NCBI RefSeq assembly: GCF_006345805.1
Contig: NC_043011.1
Location: 63,624,464 to 63,688,463, forward strand
Length of the DNA: 64,000 nt
Direction of reading: 5' to 3'
Source: Octopus sinensis
Taxonomy: Eukaryota
How positions within the stretch are numbered: the first letter of the stretch is position 1; each line of letters begins with the position of its first letter. The notes under the pieces are model-generated. The model saw nothing but the letters and a program-made list of their open reading frames with translations, had not been told where the DNA came from and made no database searches. Below, in pieces: positions 38,994 through 52,919 of this stretch. Both the position numbers and the translations under genes were made by a program.

Positions 38994-39079
38994 ACTTTCC
39001 TGAAGTGAAGATTGCATTGTTAATACCATTTATTCCTTTCAATAGTATCAATGGATTTTTCGAAACATGTGTCGAAAGT
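38994..39079 (+). ncRNA. Hammerhead motif with one core substitution (A9U)
   Basis: ACUUUC-CUGAAGU-GAAGA..UUUUC-GAAA-C-AUGU-G-UC-GAAAGU; perfect 6-bp stem I and GUC triplet. Confidence 0.6.
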
Positions 39080-39127
39080 AAAACTATTTGATTTACACCT
39101 GCGTTAAACTCCATTTATTTATTCATA

Positions 39128-39212
<85 letters not shown>

Positions 39213-39299
39213 TATCCCTGTACAATATTAATAGTGCTTGAATATTCTGTATTATGAAAAGAGACATAAGCAATATAATGGAATATTTCATATTCACTA

Positions 39300-39958
39300 A
39301 TTGACAATAGTGCTCAATTTTCTAGTATCAGGACATTTAAGTACTGTTCCGTAACGCATAACGTATTGCCATTTTTATCGGTATTGCATATGCCTAATAA
39401 TCGAATCACACAATTCGATGCTTTGAACATTGATCTGACTCGTTCGACTTCGGCATTGTATGCTTATGAACTACTTGAATAATTATTCCAAATAATCAAT
39501 GTTCACATTTATACAGATCTAATTAAGTTTCACTTATTGTTGAAATACGAAGATTACAATTACATTCATCACGTTAATGCGTCGTCGACAGCATAAAATT
39601 TTTATTGCACATGCGATGATAGTACATGATGATAATCCTACAGAAATGAAGAATTGTTTGCACAATTTATACGCACGTACATATCTATTATTATAGAGAT
39701 AATGATATCAATATACAAATAAAACTGCATGGATTTGATATACAAAATATATTTACATGTATACATGTAGATGGAGAGAAAGCAAAAACTGGAAAAATTC
39801 AGATGATTGATAGTCAAACAATAGATATATAGATATATATATATATATTTATTTCTTTATTGTCCACAGGAGGCTAAACATAGATGAGACAAACAAGGAC
39901 AGAGAAAGGGATGAAGTCGATTACATTGATAGTAGTGCATACGGATATGTGCACACGC

Positions 39959-40004
<46 letters not shown>

Positions 40005-41207
40005 TCAAAATAAGCAATAAGAATATCTCCGGTAATTTGGTACGATCGTTTCACGCTACATCATTTTATTATATATTGTAAGTATTACAACAGCTTTAAA
40101 ATGTTGAGCAACCATCGTCCATTTACAGAGGTTTTCCTTTAATACATAATTTTCATATTAATTGATAACGTTATAAAAGCACATGTTTATATTCAAATCT
40201 AATTTTTTCAAAGAGATGCAACTCAACTTGAAAACCAACCTAACACGAATTAAGCGTTTATTTCATTCCGGAATTTCTCACATCCGTATTAGATTTTAAA
40301 GATATTTTTCACTAAATACATTTTCAAATATGATCGCAGTGACCGAGTGAATTCGGAGAAATGGACTGCAGTCGCAAAAGGCGTAACACGAAACGATGTA
40401 GATTGATGTAGGCTTCTATACATGCGTGTACGTATGTTATTGTATATATAAAGTTTATTTATATATGTGTGTATGTGCATTGCAGAATTTGTGTATTGTC
40501 ACATCGTTTTGCAACAGGATTTCTAAAGCTACGCCTATTAGATGTTGAAATAGCAATCAAGGCTTAGGGCGGCGAGCTGGCAGAAACGTTAGCACACAGG
40601 GCGAAGTGCTTTACGGTATTTTGTCAGTCTTTACGTTCTGTGTTCAAATTTAACCGAGGTCGATTTATTCTTTCATCCTTTCGGAGTCGATAAATTAAGT
40701 ACTAGTTGTGTACTGGGGTCGATTTAATGGACTGGCCACGTCCTCAAAATTACGAGCCTTGTGCCTTGAGGAGAAAAGAATAACAATCAAGGCTTGAAAT
40801 ATTATGCACAATATGGCCTACTACATCCTTAAAGGGGTTGTCACAGGAAAAGCAGAGTCGTTTGAGTGAAGCAATCACAAGAACGGAACGTATAAAAGAA
40901 ACAAATGTCCTCGAGTGTTTATGCTTGTGTGTGTGTATATGTGTGTGTGTTTGTGTGCATGTGTTTATATATATATATGTGTCTATGTATGTATGTGTGT
41001 GTGTGTGTGTGTGTGCACGTCCATGTGGCTATCTCTTCTTTGTGAGTACATATGTCTGTATATAACCAAACTAAGCTGCTAGATAGACAAAAATGCAGCA
41101 GTGAGACTGAATGTAGTCTAAATGAATATATTATTACACATACAGAATATATTATCATATAATTACTTACCAAGAAATAAAAGATAGATTGCTAGCAGAT
41201 ACTTCAT
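39300..41207 (-). pseudogene. Secreted Cys-rich protein paralog D (signal exon 41207-41171; exon 2 from 39637), disrupted
   Basis: ATG AAG TAT CTG CTA GCA ATC TAT CTT TTA TTT CTT G|gtaagtaatt = MKYLLAIYLLFL(G). Acceptor ttcttcatttctgtag|GA TTA TCA. Across frameshifts: AIKILCC..DECNCN..YKCEH..HTMPKS..GICNTDK. Confidence 0.6.
40568..40790 (+). mobile_element. SINE (ggcggcgagctggcagaa family); further copies 42340-42540 (-) and 54482-54710 (+)
   Basis: ggcggcgagctggcagaaacgttagc..gttcaaattt..ccgaggtcga..tttcatcctttcgg..gtcgataaattaagtac. Confidence 0.85.
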
Positions 41208-42967
41208 GCTGTGTATTCTAGTAAAATGTAAGGTTTGCCGTTTTAAACGTTCCGATACTTTTCGATGTGGTTAGGTTTTGAAATGTGTGTCTGTATTATT
41301 TGTTGCTGTGAGTGTGTGCCTGCGTATCCTATACATATTGTAGCACAACTACTTTTCTTTCTGGTTTAGTTGACGTATTAAGTGATTTAGTTGACAAGTT
41401 CATTTACTTTATGTGAAAGAGAATGTCTGGCTTTGTTTGTTTTTCAGATAGATGATAAACAGTTTAGAATGTTTATGCGTTAATTCTCAGATGGTAGGGA
41501 AAATGTGAAAGCGCACTTCGTGATGAGAACGAGGCTTAATTGATATGTCTGATTACTATATTATTTTCCCAAAATTGGGGATACTTTAGCCTCAATTATT
41601 TAGCCTTTATTTTTATACCTCGTGTATAAAAAAAATCCTTCTGGTTTCGACACAAAGAAATATTCAATATCATGTTTAGAGTCTTCACAATTAACAAACT
41701 GTTTTCCCCAATGAAAAGACGACAGTCGGGTGGAGAAACGACAGGAGAGAAAGTGACATAAGGCAAAATGCCCAAATGTTTTCCCATATGACTGCCAAAA
41801 AAAGGTTTTGTATTATCTTGAAAAAGCAACGAATATTTACGATTGCCTAAATTATTTGCAATTTTGTCGTGAAAGCTTGTAAAATACTTTCAGTAGATAA
41901 CTATCCTTCTTTGCATTAAGTGTTCCGTTGTAGCATAGCACTCTCATTCACGAAACCCGTATTTTTTTTGTTTTTCACTGAACGCAGAGCAATAAGTTTT
42001 TGGGGTGTAATTCTGTTTTGGGCATCGATTCTCAATTCCATTTGAACCAATAATTATAGATTCCGATGCATACGATTATATAGAAACCACTTTTCATTAC
42101 TTATATTAAGAAACAATCAGCAGAATAGCTACTCTTCAACGATGAGCAGAGATTAGCACTTAATTTGAGCAGATAAACACCAGGCGATGAGGGCCCACTA
42201 ACCAAATGTAGGTAATTGTCTGAGCTCAGGGAAGTGTTTAAAGTATCAAAATGTGACTTGAAAGAGATTATTTTGCATATTCCCGCGCGTTTGTTTTCTT
42301 ATGCATAGCTCCGATTTTTGGAAGCTTAATGTTCTTTTCTACTCTAGGCACAAGGCCGAAACTTTGCGGGAGGGAGGCCAGTCGATTAGATCGACCCCAA
42401 TACGCAACTGGTTGTTAATTCATCGACTCCGAAACGATGAAAGTCGACCTCTGCGGAATTTGAACTCAGAAATTTAAGACAGACGAAATACCGTGAAGAA
42501 TTACGACAAGCGTGCTAAACTTTCTGACGGCTCGCCGCCTTTAGGAAGCTGAGTATTGTCAATCTCTGTCTTCTCCATTATGAGTAATCTGTGAGGGAGA
42601 ATGTTCAGACGATTCAATCTCTAGATTCATTCAAAGAACGAATGTTCAACACCATTTCCTTTGCAGTAAGTTGCTTTTTGAATTCATGGAATTTGATGTT
42701 ATTAAATGATCAATGATTATTAAAATAATCAATGATTATTAAAATACAAATTATAATTTCATTGCTAACTGATTTATTTATAAAACACCACTCATTTAGC
42801 TCCCTTATACGTTCTGCACCCTGTATGTGTGTTGTGCTAGGAGAAATGCTGCCAAATTTATTTCGTGTGCAGGATTCTATAGATAAAGTATCATTTCTCC
42901 GTTAATATTTGAATATACATATGATACTTTGATACATAATGGAATGCAACACATACATACATGCATA

Positions 42968-43111
<144 letters not shown>

Positions 43112-43488
43112 CTGTAAGCGTATCATGAACTAACGCTTTTTTCCCACGTGTTTGACAAATATAACCACTGGCATCACAGATTATAAATTCTGCTGATGTT
43201 GTTTCAAAAATGTCAATTTAAAATTTAAACTTAAAAAAGAAAAGGAATCCATTCATATGATGTGCCACTCCAATGTTATGCAGATCACATTATCAAACTT
43301 TGTTTATTATGATGTCCCTTTACTGGCAAATTGCTGTTTCGCACCAATCAAATGTCGGGTTCTTGTGGGAAATTTATCGTTTTTCTCGGGTATTTAAAAA
43401 CATTTCCGCGTATACGATGTTCTCCAAATGTAGACGCTGATTTATACTTGTTGTAGTCTTTGCAAGCTTATAGGAAGCGTGAGTTTTC

Positions 43489-43565
<77 letters not shown>

Positions 43566-43569
<4 letters not shown>

Positions 43570-46500
43570 TAGTTTTATTTATATAGCATGCTTTCACTTC
43601 ACTATCGAGCGCAGCTCTGTGTGCCTTGGGTATGTGCTGTGATTTGTTGTGATGCTCTGATAGTTATTGTATGGAAAGTGTTCTGCGTAGGATGTGTGCA
43701 GTGCCTAGTAGTGCAATTTTCTGTATGTTTTATGTGTTTGTAAGTCCTGGTGTTTTTGTTATGTATTTGTCTGAATATTTTTTTATCATGCCTAATTCAC
43801 CTACTATGCTAGGAATTGTTTCTGTTTTTAGATTCCACATTCTGGTTACCTCTATTTCCAGGTCTTTGTATTTTGAGAGTTTCTCCATTTCTTTTAGAGA
43901 CACGTTGTCATCAGCTGGTATTGATACATCAATTAGAAAGCATTTTTTTTCTTCATGATCTCTGACAACTATATCTGGTCTGTTGGCCTTAATTTCTCTA
44001 TCTGTGTGTATCGGCATATCCCAGAGTATGGTTGCTTTCTCGTTTTCTGTGACCTTTTCTGGTGTGTGCCTATACCAACTTTTTCTGTTTTTATTCCATA
44101 ATGATGGCATAGCTTCCAATGTATGTAGGTTCCAACTCTGTCATGTCTGTGAATATATTCCTTCTTAGCCAGGACTGGGCAGCTAGAGATAATATGATTT
44201 ATTGTTTCTTGTCCATCTCCACATATTCTGCAGTTACTTGTAATATTTCTTTTCATTACATGTGTTTGGTAATTTCTGGTGGGGAGGCTTTGGTCTTGTG
44301 CTGCAATTAAAAATCCCTCTGTTTCTACTTTGAGTCCTGAGCTTCTCAACCATTGCTGGGATTTTTGTTTGTCTATTTCTTTTGCGTTTAGTTTAGTCCA
44401 GTAGTTACCATGAAGGGGCTTTACTTGCCATCGTTTTATCATGGTTCGCTGCTGTTCTATTTTTAATTTGGATTCCATTTCTTTTATAGCTTTTGTTGTT
44501 TCTTCATCTTCTTCTTCTTCTTCATGTTTATTAGGTGGTATGATTTCTTGTTTGTATTTGTCAGCTTCCTTAAATACAGAGTACAGTTTTTTGTTTTGCT
44601 CGTGTTTTGCCGCTATCTGGATCAGATTTCCTTCCTTCTGGCGTAGATATTTTTGCAGTCCTATGGTGGTTATTTTATAGTAGTATTTGTAAGTTTGGCT
44701 TTGGTCTAATTCTTTTATTACATTGGTTTTATCTAGTGTGATGTTGTTACTCTTAACTAGTTTTCCTCTTTTCATGGTTACTTTGGCGCATTTTTCTAAT
44801 CCAAATTTCACATCTATTTCTTTGGTAAATCCATGAACTGTCTTTAATAGTGTTTCCAGCTGTTTGTCATTTGCAGCGTATAGTTTTAGGTCATCCATAT
44901 ATAAAAGGTGGCTGATCGTTTTGCCGTAACATTTATATCCGCATCCAGTTCTATTTAGCATATCAGATAGAGGTGACAGTGCCAAGCAAAAAAGGAGTGG
45001 AGAGAGCGTGTCTCCCTGGAATATTCCTCTTCTAATGGGGATGAATTTGGTTTTCATGAGTCCCTCTTTTGTTTGGAGGTGTAGGACTGTTTGCCATTTA
45101 TTCATAGAGTGCTCTATGAATTTTATGATTGTTGGTGCTACTTTGTTAATGGCTAGTGTTTCGAGGATCTTTGTGTGTGGGATGCTATCAAACGTCTTTT
45201 TGTAGTCAATCCAGGTCATACTGAGGCCTTTCTTCTTTCTGTGGCTGTCTTCAGTTATGGCTTTATTAATCATTAGTTGATCTTTACAGCCATATGAGCC
45301 TTTGCGGCATCCTTTCTGCTCTTCTGGGAACAGTTTGTTTTCGTCCAGGTGCTTGTTCAGCCTTTGTGATATCACTGCAGTAAATGCCTTGAACATAGTA
45401 GGGAGGCAGGTTATTGGTCTGTAGTTTTCTGGTTTTTCTGTTTCATTTGATTTGGGAATTAAGATGGTTTTCCCCTTCGTGAGCCATTCAGGCATTGTCT
45501 CTGGCTGTGCTAGTACGTTGTTAAAGTTTTCAACCAGCTTTTTGTGCATTCCTGTTAGATATTTCAACCAGAAGTTGCGGATCTTGTCATGCCCAGGTGC
45601 CTTCCAGTTGCTTAGTCTTTGCAGTGCCTGGGTGAACTCTTCAGTTGTTATGGAGGTCCAAAGTTGTTCAGATGCCGAGTTTGTTATTTTGATACTCCTT
45701 TTTTTTGGTGGTTCGTTCGCCGACCATATTTCTCTCCAGAATTCTTCCAATTCTTCTGCCTTTGGTGCTGCAGTGACTTCTATTTTATTTTTGCCCAGTC
45801 CTTGGTAGAACTTTTTGGGGTTGGAGTTGAACTTTTTGTTTTCTTCAAAGAAGCGATGGCGTTTCTTGTACCGGCGGATCCTTTCTGCTTTGGCAAGGAT
45901 ATCTTGCTTCAGCTTTTCTTTTAATTCAGGCAAATCTTTCTCTGTGATGTTATATTTGCGGAGTATTTTTGTTCTCTTTTTGTTGCTCAGTAGCGTTGAT
46001 TGCTTGCTGATTTCATTAAGAATCGAAAGGTCTTTTCTAATTTTTTAAATTTTGTTTTGGATGTTATTTACCCACAGGGTTTGTTTGGGTGGTGGTACTC
46101 CTGTTTCGGCGGGTTTGGGTGAGTATCCAGCTTCTTTTGTGGCTGCAGTGGCTGCTGCCTATATTAAGTCATTTAGCTCAGTGATATCACTTTTTTTTTT
46201 GTTTCAGTGGCTATTAGTTCAGTGACGGCTAGGTTTATGCTGTTTATAATAGGTGTTGTTATGTCGTTTATTTTGATTCTTGGGAGGTATGGTCGGTGGT
46301 CCATTTTGAGCTCTGTGGTTTTCAGTTCTTTGATTATTTTATTTTTTATATTATCATAATCATTAGGCTCCCCTTCGTTGTTTACATCGTATTTGTTGGG
46401 AATGTTGCGTTTGTCTTCGTGTTTTACAGTTTCAGTGTTTATATTATTGGGCATTGTTGTGTGGCTTCTATCTACATTTTCCTGGTGTATGTTTTCTTTT

Positions 46501-47236
46501 AGGTGTTCTATTTCTATTTCTGATATTTTTTTGTGTTGAGAATGTATCTTCGTACGTTAGCTAATTTATTAGGGTTCATTGCTGTATCCAAGTCTATATC
46601 TCTATTATTTTCCTTCCATATTTTATATGTATGTGTTGTTGTATTTTCATTTTTTGGGTAGGGTACTGCTGTGAAGTATGCGTGTAAGATAGAAATGTAT
46701 TCCTCACGTGTCCATTTACGTCTTTTGGGTTTTATTTGCGGGACATGAGGTACAACGTCCAGCCCACTATTTTGACGGTCGTCATTTTCGTAGGGTACCG
46801 GTCCGTTTATTTCTGTTGTCACATTATTTCGCACGTGTAGTTTTTCGTACATTTTTTGTTGTAAGTTTAATGTACGTACCGCTCGATTGTTATTCTTCGG
46901 TTGAATAGTATCGGTGGCATTTAATGTCTTCGTAGTTCCTTTGTACATGGTGTTTGGGGTCGGGGTTGATCGTGATGTTCCACGCATGTTTACATATGTT
47001 GCGTTAGAAGTGGAGATGATATCGAGTCAAAATACATCATTTCGTTTCGAAAATAGTAATAACTTTCAATTAGTATTACTTACTCGGATACAGTCCAATT
47101 CTTTGTTAGTAAAACTTTGCCTCCATAGGATGTCTTTGTTTTCGATGTTTGTGGATAGATTTCGGAGCTCTGAATTTTTCTTCTTACATCTTAAACGTCC
47201 CCGGTGTTCTCTCTTAAACGTCCCCCGGTGTTCTCC

Positions 47237-47240
<4 letters not shown>
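43566..47240 (-). mobile_element. Near full-length R4/Dong-like non-LTR retrotransposon (RT + restriction-like endonuclease)
   Basis: YRPITCLPT, RGIFQGDTLSPLLF, HLLYMDDLKLY, CRICGDGQETINHI..RHD and RPDIVV..CFLIDVS..EKLSKYKDL. Several frameshifts. Flanked on both sides by (TTA)n. Confidence 0.92.
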
Positions 47241-47324
<84 letters not shown>

Positions 47325-47342
47325 CATTATTATTATTATTAT

Positions 47343-47890
47343 TGAGTGAGAGAGCAGTTCATGCCATCAAAGTGACACTGGGGTAAAATATACGAAGCCC
47401 AATATACCCATCATGACTACCCGTCTGATAAGGGTACACCAGGCACATGCATCACAACCATATGTGCGCGACATGGTGATCTCATATCAAGATAAACAGC
47501 ACATGACCTTGCAGGTGGGGTCCAGGTAGAAATTTCTTCAAGTTGAGTAGCCCATCCCGCTCAAAAGGTCCCTGAATAAGGGCTGTTTAAGGATGTTGAA
47601 AGAACCACCCATGTTTCCAGAGGGGAATTATTCAAACCCCAAAGAATCCCTCTCAACACATGGCTATGATGCTCCCCCACTACTTCTGCTCGTGATCAGA
47701 GATGCACATATCGTCAGCCACTAAGGGACATGCTCAACTGGTTAAGGTCCAACAACTGACAAGCAAATCTGTGAGCAGAATATTTGCTGTAGGCGATCTT
47801 TTATACCAAGACAAAACAATGTATATAACACATCCAATCATTTAAGATCAGAAGCCATGAAAGCCACTGCCTGGTACTGCATCATGGCAT
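47343..47890 (-). mobile_element. Interspersed non-coding repeat ending in (TAA)n
   Basis: GC-richer 550-nt block between two (TTA)n tracts with no ORF; it resembles common octopus repeats. Confidence 0.45.
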
Positions 47891-48182
47891 TTATTATTAT
47901 TATCATTATTATTATTATTATCCTTAGTAGTAGTAGTAGTAGAAGTAGTAGTAGTAGTAGTGTTTTCATTGATGTTGTTCTCGTTGCCGTTGATGCTATT
48001 ATTACTAATGATTTTACAGATATATTCGTTCCTCCCCTGTAAGATGTCTGCGGATCTGACTCACTGCCTGGAGCTTAGGTCAGAAAAAGACCGATGTTAC
48101 TGAGCCTTACACACACACACACATACTCAAGCACACATATCCACATGCACACACGCACATACGCACACGCGTATATATAAAT

Positions 48183-49345
48183 ACTAGCATTAAAGACCCG
48201 TCGATGCCGGGTCATAGTGCTAGTGCATGTACATATGTGTATATATATGTGTACATATTACATGTACATCCATATATATACATCTGCACATAAAATACAA
48301 AATACAAAAATTATATCTTGATATCGCCAGTGATAACAATACTCAAAATATATAACAGACTGGAATTGTTCGCCCGTCTCATGTAATTTCGATCAATTGT
48401 ATCATGTCCTCTCTCTTGTATAGAAGTGTGGCTACAATCCAGCCTACCTCTACTTCGGGCGGGGGGATGGCGTTTTAAATTATTTTCATGGACGTCCTAC
48501 GTCCCAGATATGAAGGTTAAAATAAAGTATTTCCACTTTGCAAGTTCGAGTCGAGTACTCCCTTGCACCTTCTATTGTGGCGAATGTACCGTCTCTGATT
48601 AGATACCTTTCACAGTCGCACCAAGACACTTTTCGAAGGTGCTTTCCTCCATGAGTTCAATTTTTTTTTTCTCTACATTGTATACTTTATGGACAATAGT
48701 CTTTTCTTTAATTTAATTTTTTATTATCCATCTGGACTATTCCATTTCTGCACGCTAATTTATTTTTAATTTATTCCCACTCATGTGAAACCACTTATTC
48801 AAGTCAAATCATTGATACAATTTATACCAATTGCTATTTTTACTTTTGTTATGTTACTATTATATTATACTTTAGTTTGATTTTAATTATTACTTACTAC
48901 ATATAATTCAATTGTTATTATTATTTTTATTGTTAAAGTGAAAGTATCTGACATAAAATAGAGAAACGTTTTTGTTTCACTTTTAACACGTAATACTGAA
49001 ATAGTGGAGAAGATATGATATTGCTATGGGCTCGCTCTAGGCAAGAAGTTGAACATTTCTTTGCCCATGAAACTACATGGACCCTAAGTAAGGCATGTGT
49101 AAAATTTGAACGGAATTAGTTGTGTAGTTCTCAAGCATTAGGGAATCGTAATGGAGAATATATGATATTGCTGTGGGCTCGCCCTAGGCAAAAAGTTAAA
49201 AATGATTTTTGCCCATGACACTCCACGGACCCTAAGTAAGTCATGTGTAAAGTTTGAATGAAATTGGTAGTGTAGTTCTCAAGTTTTAGGGAAACACACA
49301 GACAGACAGACAGACACACATTCTCAGTTTTATATATATAAAGAT
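48183..49345. mobile_element. Helitron/Helentron-derived non-autonomous element
   Basis: 5' tactagc..gacccgtcgatgccgggtc hairpin; internal ~145-bp tandem duplication (49020-49290); 3' gacagacagac..ttttatatatataaagat. Minus-strand relic FAxI(x)VQGST..H(G)QL resembles a helicase C-terminus. Confidence 0.4.
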
Positions 49346-49538
49346 ATATATGTATTGGCGTGTTTGTATGTATGTATTTATATGAGTATGTACTTATTCT
49401 AACACAACTTCCAAATATGAAACTGGAGAGCAATTAATGCTAGAAATGTTACCAATAACATTTGGCACAAAAAACAACAGATTATTTATTATATAAATGA
49501 AAGACCTTTTATTTCTATATGCAGTCTGAGTACGTGCC

Positions 49539-50200
49539 ATAAACATATTTGTTGGAGGCTGAATTTTGCTGGTAAAGAATTGCCCTGTAAAAATAACAAA
49601 GAGTGTTAGTAAATGCCAACGTGTGCACCAAAGATAATTTCGACATCATCTGTCAAGCTACATTTATATTATTGAATTTGGGATTGTAATTTTGTTATAC
49701 ATTTTCAATACTTTTGTTGAAAAAATGCATTTTGAAAAATTCATAAAAGTATAGTTAATAAAGACTTGAAAAACGATATTAATGCTTTATCACATTTTGC
49801 TTACCTACTCTAATATTTATTTTCTTTAACATAGGATTGTACATCAGTGAAATTTTGTGCTATGAATACGATTGTCTTCAGGTATCATAGGTGTAATTAA
49901 GACATCTAATGAGTGTACTTGTAATTGATGTCTCATTTGGATTAGGATAACTGTCGAGTACAAATGCAATAATAACAAATATTGTTTCTAAAATATTGGA
50001 GTCACACTATGAAGTCACACAATGATGAAGTCATACCAAGTTAGTAGGATAGGAAATAGCTTTATTGGAGAGACATTATACACATAATTCACAAGAAGAA
50101 GAATATCATTGAGGATATTCTTCTTGGTGTTACACTGAAATCGTTGTCGTAATATATCTAAAGCTGAGGTATTCTATGGTAGATATATTACAATGGTTAT
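49539..50200 (+). pseudogene. Secreted Cys-rich protein paralog E (plus strand), decayed
   Basis: Signal-like ATA AAC ATA TTT GTT GGA GGC TGA ATT TTG CTG GTA with a damaged donor. Acceptor ttttctttaacatag|GA TTG at 49835: GLYISEILCYEYDC..SNECTCN*C..WI..VEYKCNNNKYCF*..HTMMKS..IGETL. Confidence 0.55.
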
Positions 50201-50337
50201 TTTGTGTATTTTCCACATAAGATATGCACATCGACTTTCAGATGGAAATATAGTTTGATATATTGTGATAGGGAAGTTAAGGTACCGTACTACATTCATA
50301 CATAGCTACAAACACACACATATGTATATATATGTAA

Positions 50338-50404
<67 letters not shown>

Positions 50405-50879
50405 TAAATATATAAAAAATATATTTATATATATATATTTAAAAGTACTCTTACATTAAACATAACTGTATCAGTTGAATTCATATTTCGTCACAATATT
50501 AGCATAAGCATAAGGAAAAATGAGGCGTATAGGCTTCTAATGAAGATCTGACGGTCACCTTTCTGTGCCGATGCCATTGTAGTACCTGGAAAAAACGGCG
50601 TTAATTAGGTTTTGTGCATGGTTAATACTTTTGAAATATAATATATTATGAAGTGTAACGTGTCTAAGCTATGCATTGAAATTTGGACTATTGTCCGTAA
50701 TCAGTTTCTGATTCTAACACCAACCCCTCTATTCTCGAAATATACTTTCATAAAAATAATTCCAATACAGTTATTGTTTTTTTATGAAATATTTTAACGG
50801 CATATGGTTGGTATATGTTTGGTATTTATGAACCTGGAGAGATAGAAGCTAAGAATGTATTGTCATAAATATATATCAT

Positions 50880-51500
50880 ATGAAAGGTTTTCAGCAGTCC
50901 TTCAATTACGCATTTCTTGAATGCATAAATGATAATTCTTCCTATTTTCGGGAGCTTGGAATTCATTCGGTGAAAGATAAATTAACAGCAGATAAATTAA
51001 AATAAATGCACAAACAACATTATTTCTTGACAGCTCGATATTAATTGACCAAAATTCATTTATTTTTTGCGATGTATTTCGTGGAAATACTGATTTATAA
51101 AGAGAAGAAATGTATTCTACATAATCTTACTTCTGCACGTCTTCATAAATATTTTGGAGAAGTATAATGTACATTCTTTCGACAGGAACAAGTTACAGTT
51201 TTCTAATAGAAGCATGCGTCTACAAAATAAAAATCAGGAATATATTGCAATACTTTATCAGCTTGGATTGCATTAACTAATTAATCAAACATTAAACCAA
51301 TGCTATTGTTGAATATCTGCTGTTGTTTCAAATGGGTAATCAGTAACATTAATGAATACATTGTCCAAACTAGGGTTGGGGAAACGTTTTAGAGCTGCAG
51401 AGAAGATTTCCTAAGGAAAAGGCCTGCTGGCGGATTAAATGTTCTAACTCTTATATCTGTGTAAATCTTATATATGTCTATGCATAATTTGATATACATT
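50880..51500 (+). pseudogene. Secreted Cys-rich protein paralog F (plus strand), decayed
   Basis: ATG AAA GGT..TTT CTT G (50880-50919, donor lost). Acceptor cattctttcgacag|GA ACA at 51186. Motifs CN..WI, VEY..CFK and VGETF match paralog E. Confidence 0.4.
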
Positions 51501-52919
51501 AATAAAAATAAATTTAACATATTAAATTAACGCGGGACATCTTCATTAACGCCGCCACTGTTTATATTACTTATAAGGCATTCTATTTGTTTAATCTAAA
51601 GTGTAGTTTGGTCTCAAGGGGGTAGTATAAACGTGACAGTATTTTTTTACAGTGAAAACAAAATTTGCATTCAAATGACAATTACCAGACCATTTCTGGC
51701 CATTTTATGTCGTCGTGGAAACGCAACCTATGTCTCAAATAGGTAGACGAATATTATATAACTTTGATTGTATAATTTACTATAGTTTGTATATATGAGT
51801 ATATGAGCCTGCGGGCCCAATAAAACGGGCTTGGGGCGCAGTTACTCCCGCGAACGGGGATTTCCCCAACCTAGTCTCAGCAAAACAACGTGGTTTTGTC
51901 CTATGGTTGACATTCAATTATGTAGATAATAGACTTGTTACACCTCAAATAAATGGCATTATTCCATATGCAAATATCCTTGATCTCGTTGTGAATAAAT
52001 TGTCTATTTTCCCTGGATTATATTCAAGGTTAACTAAATAGCAAGTACCTAGTTTAATAGAGATGCAAAGCAAATATCAGTAATTGTAGGTGAAGATATG
52101 CAAGGTGTACTGATTTACTGCAAACAAATTTATATACATATATATATATAAATATGTATATATATATGTCTGTGTGTTTGTGTGTGTATGCACTTATGTA
52201 AGTACATATGTACATACACACACACGCACACATTTATTAAGCAGTAAAATATGGAGCTATTGCCCTCCACTGTGAACACCCTATAGTTTTGTTGGCCTAT
52301 CTACAGATGTGTACCCCACCGATTTTGTTGCCTCATAACTTCCACAATAATGATTAATTTTTAAAACAACTTTCCACAAAAACCACTTAGATGCTGTGGA
52401 TTAAGAGCGCATAGAGATTTATGGGAAGGGAGTTTTCCGAATGGATTTGGCACTGAGGTTCGTAAAATTCACACGATCGTACTTTTATCCCCCGTAACTT
52501 TCAGGAAATTGGTTCTTTCATTGATATTTTATACAAATACTTTTCAAACAGCGTAGATTAAGATTGTAAAACAAAATTGCGCAGGAAACGACTTCCATTA
52601 TTGAGTGGGGAGAGGAATTTGGATAAAACAGGAAGACCACTTATGTTTGAACTGCATCTTTATGACGTGGATTTTCCAAATTTCAAAAAAAGAAAAAATA
52701 AATCCACACAGTCATGGAAATGATAGGAGGACATTTTTTGGAAAAAAAAAGCTTTCAATTTTTTGAAATTCCTCACCATCCCACTTCGGACCGATTTAGT
52801 CAACTTTTTCTTAATTTTAAAATAATGGGAGGAGACTTGTCGGTAAAAAAGGAATTTAAATATTATGAAAGAAAAAGGTTTACGAGTCAAGGAAACAATA
52901 AACTTGCACACAAATGAAT

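Noticed and set aside
43250-43480. WCETAICQ motif as another Cys-rich paralog
   Set aside because: Single short motif with no splice site or other shared motifs.
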